Source: Eledone cirrhosa (taxonomy: Eukaryota). Taken from it: 64,000 nt of DNA. Positions within the stretch are counted from its first letter, which is position 1; each line of letters opens with the position of its first letter. The DNA is taken from the NCBI GenBank assembly GCA_964016885.1, contig OZ024742.1, positions 150,660,001 to 150,724,000 on the forward strand, read 5' to 3'. A program made the translations under genes and the position numbers. The notes below the pieces were generated by a model. It saw only the letters and a program-made list of their open reading frames with translations, made no database searches and was not told the DNA's origin. This document shows, in pieces, positions 56,296 through 64,000 of the stretch.

Positions 56296-58824
56296 TAAAG
56301 TGTCCTTCCTCGTCCACACGCATTCCGTTTTCGGGGCAAAAAGTGATTGCGAGGAAGTCGGTGGTCAGATTAATTGAAAACGCACGAAAAATCTTTTCTA
56401 TAAATTTAAACGGTGTTTATCTGTAACTCCGAGGGTCCCCTTCCCTCCCCGCCTCCGTTTCGAAAAAAGAAGTCGTTGGCGCGTGTGTATGTCACATCGG
56501 TGGAAAACAAACGAGGCTGGGAAAATCCGAGGGTCCACCCTCGACCCTCCTCTATTCCGTTTTCGGAGAAAAAGCCGATTGCGAGCATGCCGGAGGTCAG
56601 ATTAGCTGAAAACATACACACACACAGACATATATATTTCCTATACCGTTGCAATACCATCTTTGTTTGTTTACATGTCTCGCTCGCTTCACGCTCGCTT
56701 CACGCTATTTTACTTGTCCCTATAACTTTATTTAGTTATTGCTCAAACCAACCAGAAGTATATGATTTTTAAAGCGATGAAATACCAATGAAGGTTGGAA
56801 GATCACTGATGAAGGACTAATTTTATTCATATGTAACCCATGTGCAACCACGCAGCACTCCATTTTTCTTATATATATATATATATATATACATTGCTAA
56901 AGGAGATCATCACAGTTTCTGTCTCCAAAAATTATAAGACTTTTGTCGACCCTAGACTATGGTAGAATACACTTTACGAAGGTACTGTAATGGATCGAAC
57001 CCGTAGCCACGTAATGACAAATGTAACTTCTTAAACATATGACAATGCATGGGCACACATTTTAAAACCAATATCGAACAGTTCATCTTTGCTATCTCTT
57101 TTATTGGTGAGACCGTCGGCATGATGTGTACTGTAGAGGTGGAAATAAGCGACCTGCGATTAAAGTTCGATTTTTTATTCTAGTTGTATTTCTTGACTTA
57201 ACTCAGGTTGCTAATATCCCTGGGAAAAGTATAAACCCCACACAGTATCATCACCTCCCATAAGTATGACCCTTTTTTTTTTTTTTTTGGCTCAATAATC
57301 AAAGAAATCTCTGATAGTGTCATCTTTATAGATGTTAATATGAATATACTTTTACCGTAGTGTATTCCATCCATAGAAGATAGAGCTTAGCAGATTTACG
57401 TCTCTCTTTAGTTTGGTATATGATGTAATTCTTTATCGAACCAACACCATTCATACCTGCCAGAAAAGCTGCAAATATGCGTACATGAAATATATCTTTT
57501 ACGTTTCAACACCACAAATGGTTCAGAAATGAAAGTACAGTAGTTCTTTCATGTTTTAGTCATATTACCTTTATTAAATAACCGTTAGATCTGATGGAAT
57601 TTTCCGATTAAACAAAAAACAAACAAAAAAATGGTTATGAAAATCTAGCTGATTGTGATATAGTCATTAAAAGGTCGAGGAGGGAAATGTAAAAAAACAA
57701 AAACAAACGCGGAGTTAATGTTGCATTCATTTGTTAAAAGTTTATGATGTCATTGAAATCAAGAATATCGACAACAGAGTGGAATTATTGAACTGCACAG
57801 AGAAGCCAAGAATATTTATTCGTGGGTTTCACCTAGACACGTGATTACCTCTAAGCTGAGATAAAAAAGAAACGGCTTTCTCGCATAATAGTGATTTCTT
57901 ATACAGGCACAAGCCAAACATTTTGGGAGAGTGGAATCGATTAAATCGACCCCAGTGCGTGACTGGTACTTTATTTTATCGACTCCGTAAGGATGAAAGA
58001 CAAAGTGAACCTCGGCGGGATTTGAACTCAGATCATAAAGGGCCGTAACTCTATGCTGCAAAACATGGCGTCCGACCCTCCTCCGCCCAACTTTCTCACA
58101 TAATAGTGAAACTGGGGTTGTTAGTTGTAGCGATTTGACAGATCTTCATGATTTGTTTTAGCGATGTAGACACGGCAGAGAAATGGTGTACTTCATTGTG
58201 TATCAAAGTACCCTGTATATTTCTGGGTAGCTTCTATTCTACTTTAGATTGCTGGAAAGAGCATACGTTTAAGGCTGTTTCGATCTCAGTTAATACCTGA
58301 TGAACTGATTGTTTTTCTACAGAAGGTGTATGTGTAATATCATTAATTTTACCGAATGTTTATGTTTAAAACTACTCAGTCGCAAAGAAGCTGACTCACA
58401 TGTACGTACACACCAACACATACCTATCCTCTATCTGTTTGACGCCACATTGACATCAGGCGGATCAGGCGGACAATATAGATAAGTGTTTATTCACAGA
58501 TAAAGACAGCTATTTTATATTTCAACTCTTGATATAATTGTAGTTAAAATAGTCATAAAGTTGTTTTCTGCTCTCGTTGTCATGGTACAACTCTTCCTCC
58601 TAAATTTCTGGCATGCAATTAAGTTTAAATTTAATCTTATCTTTGATTTCTGTTATATTATATAGATTTGGGGCAAACTTACACTAGAGGAAGCTAGTCT
58701 ATTGTAGATACTTTTCCTCGAACCTCATAAGTACTGGTCTAGAACTAGATACACTGTAGGGATAAAAATTGTGTTCTGATCAAAGATAGGGGAATGAAAA
58801 GAAAGAGAGTGGGAGGGAGAAATA

Positions 58825-59198
58825 AAGCACTGGGATATGAATGAAGAAGATACACCATACACCTGATCCTCGAACCATAACATTTAACTCGGTAATAGTT
58901 TTTAAAGGTTTGACTCGTAAATCTATCCGCGTATAGGCTCTAAAGATCTCTCATCTTGGTCAGAAAGCTTACTGTGAGATTGCTTTATCGTAGCGTGACT
59001 TCGTTATTTTCAAGCACTGGGATATGAATGAAGAAGATACACCATACACCTGATCCTCGAACCATAACATTTAACTCGGTAATAGTTTTTAAAGGTTTGA
59101 CTCGTAAATCTATCCGCGTATAGGCTCTAAAGATCTCTCATCTTGGTCAGAAAGCTTACTGTGAGATTGCTTTATCGTAGCGTGACTTCGTTATTTTC
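58825..59198 (+). repeat. Apparently perfect tandem duplication, 2 x 187 bp
   Basis: AAGCACTGGGATATG...CGTTATTTTC starts at 58825 and again at 59012. Confidence 0.9.
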
Positions 59199-59999
59199 AA
59201 CGACGTCTATTCTATCAAGTGTTGAAAATATTTTGTAATCATAATACTACACCACAGAAATAGTTTATAAAACTACACTTTTTCAAATTATGTACAACAC
59301 ATTTAAATCCTTCAACTTATGGAGACATTATATCTAAAATTCTAGTGTATACTAATAAATGTAGTTCCCTCTATATATATATAGAAAACATAATTCTCTT
59401 CGGCGCACAAATATCTCCTACACTTATAGTACAGTTTACATACATGTAGATTATAGTACAGTTTACATACCTGACGAATACATATTTTAAAATGTATCAA
59501 TCATATATACCATCCAGCTGATGGGAAAACTCTCCCTTAAAACTGAAGCTGCAACTGGGGCCGCCAGTTTTGGGATGCTACTCTAGACGTTTGATTTTGT
59601 GTCCACTATGGCATTTCAGTGAGCCTTAGAAATACTTGGCGGTGCCCATCTCTTCTCCAAATCCCTGTACTAAATATGTTGCTCAATACTTCCTATCTTG
59701 TTGAAATTCTGTATCAGCAAATCTTCTGAAAATCAAAAATATTAACTTCTCTATGGCCCCACCCCTATCTAGAGGATAGCTACAATAGCTCTCCCTAGAC
59801 ATTGGTCTACCATCCACTCACACGGAGTAACTAATCAAAATATGCTTATAACTTCATAATTGGATAATTTATAAATATATGATATTAATATTCAATTTAA
59901 ACTCTTAATTGTTACTTGAACGGAACACATTGCAGGCAGAAAATTTCAAAGAACAATCCATGTCGCAAACATGATGATAAGATAGTATGAGAATAAACA

Positions 60000-61150
60000 G
60001 AAGAGAAAACACAGGCGTAGAACATTTATAATAGTGAAGAATATTTAAGACTTTAGAATGATTTTCTCTGTAGTACAATGTATTTGTCTAGCTGAGGACC
60101 AGAACGACACGCAGTGAAGAATTGTATGAGGTGTAGTGTGACAGCCTGGACACATTGTCCCGTTTATTTGTAGATTCTGATTAGACCCCAGTGCAAGGTA
60201 GTCTTGGTCAGTGACACATTAGCTGCTCCTCTTCATTTGTTAGTTTTATACATCTTAGCATAATTTCGAGGGATTGTGTTGCAGCCATTTCTGTCAGTAT
60301 ATGTTTTTATCGGGACAGAGTAACCTAGATAGTGTTATAGTAGCGTTCTAGGATTTTGTATATCTGATGAAGGTATTTCATGAAATGACAAGGATTGTAA
60401 GAGTTAAGGTTACTTTTATTTTTAGTAGTTTTGTTTAGTCGTGTGACCTGTGTACTATCTGCTATGACGCATAGAGAATTGCTTCGTGCTCTTTATGTTT
60501 TTTGTCGTTTGTTGTAAAGAAACTTAGAGTTCAAATAGAACTAGGATAGTACATGATGAATTTGTACACAACTGTTGTTGTTTTTCTCTGTTGGTTAAAT
60601 GTGATTCCCCTGATTACTCTAAGTAGTGGAGTTTTATAGGTATATGAAGTTGTATTGCTTTCCTTAGTATATCTTTTATGAGAGTTGTATATATTGTAGA
60701 AAGGTTGTACGTAACTGTTAGTATTTGTGTCTATCGTGTGTATGTAGCATGTTTCTATTGTTGAGTTTAACTGTTGGTTTTCTTAGATGTCCTCTGGTGT
60801 TGGTGGAATTGGTAGGTGCCATTTTAAGTCTGTTGATATTGAGCCAAGGTGATTTAAGAAGGTTTGGAGTAATTGTATAGCTGTATGTGAAGATGTAAGA
60901 ATGTGAGTGTGGTATCATCTGCTTGTGAGGCTGTATCAATTGTGGAGGCGTTGGATAAGTCATGTCGATACAGGTTGAAAGGAGTAGGTGAGAGGATGGA
61001 TGCCAATAGTAAGTGTTGTTCATGTACACTACATAGGCTTGGCGGCCTGACAGTTAGTTTGCTAGCCAATGTTTTAAGTTTTTTCTTAAAGTGGTGGAGA
61101 GTATATTTTGTACGTATAAGTGGGTAACCGGGAATAGAGCCGAAAGTTTT
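60000..61150 (-). pseudogene. Decayed LINE RT fragment (Jockey/I-like)
   Basis: SILSPTPFNLYRHDL...QADDTTL...WLNINRLKMAPTNST. Confidence 0.6.
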
Positions 61151-61779
61151 ACTTCTGTCGATGGTAGTTAGAAAAAAAACATGTGGGAGTTTGTTGTTGT
61201 TGTTGTTTAAGCTTTCATGTATTTAATGAGTGGCCTGTAACCCTGTTGCAATTTGGTGAGATTTAGCTTTCTATAATTTTCATTGTTTATTGTAATTTTG
61301 TCCTGTTTCTAGATTTCAGTGATTTTTCAGTGTTGGTACAGATATTACTAGAAGTTATTGAAGAGTATAATGATTACTTCAGGTCTTATGTTTTTCAGAG
61401 TGTTTGCGAAATTTCTTTTTGTTTTGTTTTTTGCTCTCAGGTTTTTGAGATTTTATATTTCCTGTTGCTTTTGGGAAATCAAAACCTGGTATAGATGAAA
61501 GGCGCATACATTGCATTTGGTAATTTTTTAGTAGTTTTTGGTAACTGATTTTCGAGGAATATCTGACAAAGACATTTTCTTATCTTTATGAAATTGGATG
61601 TGATTTGACCGTTATTTTTGCTGTTGATGTGGCTAATTAATCTATCTATATAGTATTCTGCTGTTAGTTTTGTGGTTTATGTGCCATGTAAATGTTTGCC
61701 GGTTTTCTATTACACCGTGTTCTTGTTGCCTTTTAATATATTTCGTTGTTTGATGCTTGGTTTTATTATGTTGTATGTG

Positions 61780-62597
61780 ATTTGGGACAATCAAAAAGTA
61801 ATGCCTTTTGTTTTATTCTAAAAAAAATAAAGAACAAAACAAAATGTATTATACATCAAAATGCAGTTGTACATCTGAGGATCTCAGTCCTACTTCTCAA
61901 CATAGTCATACCTCTTCCGATAGCAACATTCCATCGTCTGCTGGCTGCTCACGAAGCCAATTCTTGACAGCAGTTTTCACTTCCTCATAATTTCCATAAT
62001 GGTGGCCTCTCAATGCATCTTTCATTGGACCGAAGAGGTGGTAGTCTGATGGTGCCAAATCAGGTGAGTATGGTGGGTGCAGCAGAGTTGTCCACCCAAA
62101 TGAGGTGAATTCCTCCTTTGTCCTGATGCTCGTGTGAGGTCTGACATTGTCAAGTTGAAGAAGATCTTTATTCGTCTCCAAATCGCGTCTTACTCGTCGA
62201 ATTCTTACTTTTAGTCTTTTTATTGTCTCAATATAAGTGTCAGAGTTAATTATTTCTCCTCTTGGCAAGAAATCAATAAGAATGACTCTTTGGGTATCCC
62301 AAAACATAGTCGCCATGATTTTTCCGGATGACTTTTAGCTTTTTGGAGACATCGAGTGACGCCATACCATCGACTCAGGTTTACCTTTAGAAACATTTGT
62401 TCGCCTCTTGTGAATGTTAACAGGGGTTTCTCCTTCAACAACACATCTGCAAATCAACTCAATCACTCATACAAATCCGAAATACAAAATTCAAGAAGAT
62501 GTGTGCTTTTACCTTTGTGCCAAATTTCAACTCATTCTATAAAAAGATGAACCAGCTCTGATATAAAAAAGGCATTACGTTTTGACTGACCCTCGTA
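61780..62597 (-). mobile_element. Internally deleted mariner transposon
   Basis: MATMFWD...LDNVRPH...HPPYSPDLAPSDYHLF (D34D) in ORF 61906-62316. TIR-like TACGAGGGTCAGTCAAAACGTAATGCC and GGACAATCAAAAAGTAATGCC. Confidence 0.9.
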
Positions 62598-62649
<52 letters not shown>

Positions 62650-64000
62650 GGGAGGTGTTCACAGTCTACTAGTCATTGTCGAGTGTCCATTTGTTTTTAA
62701 GACAAAAGGACAAGATTTAAAGGCCATTCGATGCTATTTTTGTAGCTTAAATGATCCTGTAGAGATATATAAAGCTTTTATCAATAAAACCTGCTTGATT
62801 CAACAAATGCGCACCAAAGTTAACATTTTTAAAACGAGATTGTTCTACTTGCCATTAATAGCAGCCAAATGTTCCAAGAATCATACCCTACCGTGTTGAA
62901 TAAAGAAATGACATATCACTAGCGTAGCCTCATACTCACCTCATACTCAATAAATATTGGACGACCCCGGATGCAACGCATTTGACCATAAGTCTGCATT
63001 ATCATAGCTGATCTAGGTTTAAATGACAATTTACGATAGCTGTCATATATTTTTTCTGACTATACATTTTGTCAGTCCTCCACTTTTCCAACCTTCATGC
63101 AGTTATGTCACCGATCACTTGATTTAATTGACATAATGATATAAACCACTTATGGTACTACAGCCCGAGTTGAGTACTGAAAGATAAATTCGACTGTTAA
63201 TGCAAGGTATGAGAAATGTATAAAACAAGGTATGATCATTTCTAAGATGATAAGACACAGAAAATAAGTATTTTCCGTCAAACAAATATTGTTTTTATTG
63301 TTATTTTGCCCTAGGTCAGCCCTAATCAAATATACCTATGATCAAAAGCATTCCAGCTGTGTTGACACCGCCTAGTTTTCAGATATAGTGTAACTAGGAC
63401 TACATTTTCTAACGTGCTCTTCATTTTTTAAAGATTATGGGATATAATTTGAGAGAGAATTGGTTGCAATTTCTTGCAAATTAAGCGATCCCATAGAGCA
63501 GTGATATAAAATACTTCATCGGGGCGGGATAAGTAAATTTAACCCGCATTTGCATTTGAAACAACGCTAAATATCGTTGTTTTTATCTAACTGGGTTGGC
63601 TAGTGCAACGTGAAATAAAGTGACTTGCTGAAGCACACAATGCACCGCCAGAAATCGAAGCCACGACATTAAGATCGTGAGTTGAACAGCCTAACCACTA
63701 AACCACGCGCCTTCACACACGTACACACACGCGCACATACTTTCTCTCTCCCCCTCTCTTTCTTTCTTTATCTCTCTCTCTCACACACACACACAGATTC
63801 TCACAGATATAAAGATTCAGAAAAACACCAGCAACGCGAGAATATATATGCAGTCACCCAACTTGCTAGAGATAGAAACCAAATCAAAGGTAAGGAAAGG
63901 CAGAATGGATAAAACTTTCTACAATAAAGTATGCATAAAAGACAACTAGAATGCCTTTGATCATAGGTCAGTTTGATAAAGGCATAATAGGGGTTAATAA

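Noticed and set aside
57100-58330. Exon-like minus-strand segments
   Set aside because: Frequent stops and no identifiable homology.

Overview
AT-rich, microsatellite-saturated animal genomic DNA; the SINE types suggest Octopus or another coleoid cephalopod (inference). I cannot support any intact host protein-coding gene, and nearly all ORF-track entries are translations of (TA)n, (CA)n, (GA)n or (TACA)n arrays. Recognisable transposon remnants are: an R4/Dong-type RLE LINE, RTE fragments, a Jockey/I-like LINE, a Helitron RepHel pseudogene plus two non-autonomous Helitrons, a mariner, many tRNA-SINEs, and a Penelope-like element (PLE, Naiad-type) RT-thumb/GIY-YIG remnant. The dominant hidden structure is roughly 20 short insertions, from 10 or more families without obvious sequence similarity, sitting in (TA)n arrays (one in (CA)n). 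Most are head-to-head palindromes carrying type I hammerhead ribozymes (HHRs). Many fold back at the 5' edge of the ribozyme. One arm usually carries an extra 3' tail with a shared bulged stem-loop (RCUC-stem-UH-GAGY-RCU). Two insertions show terminal redundancy suggesting tandem or circular templates, and one of these has a tRNA-like head. All alignments and folds were done by eye, so coordinates may be off by a few nt.
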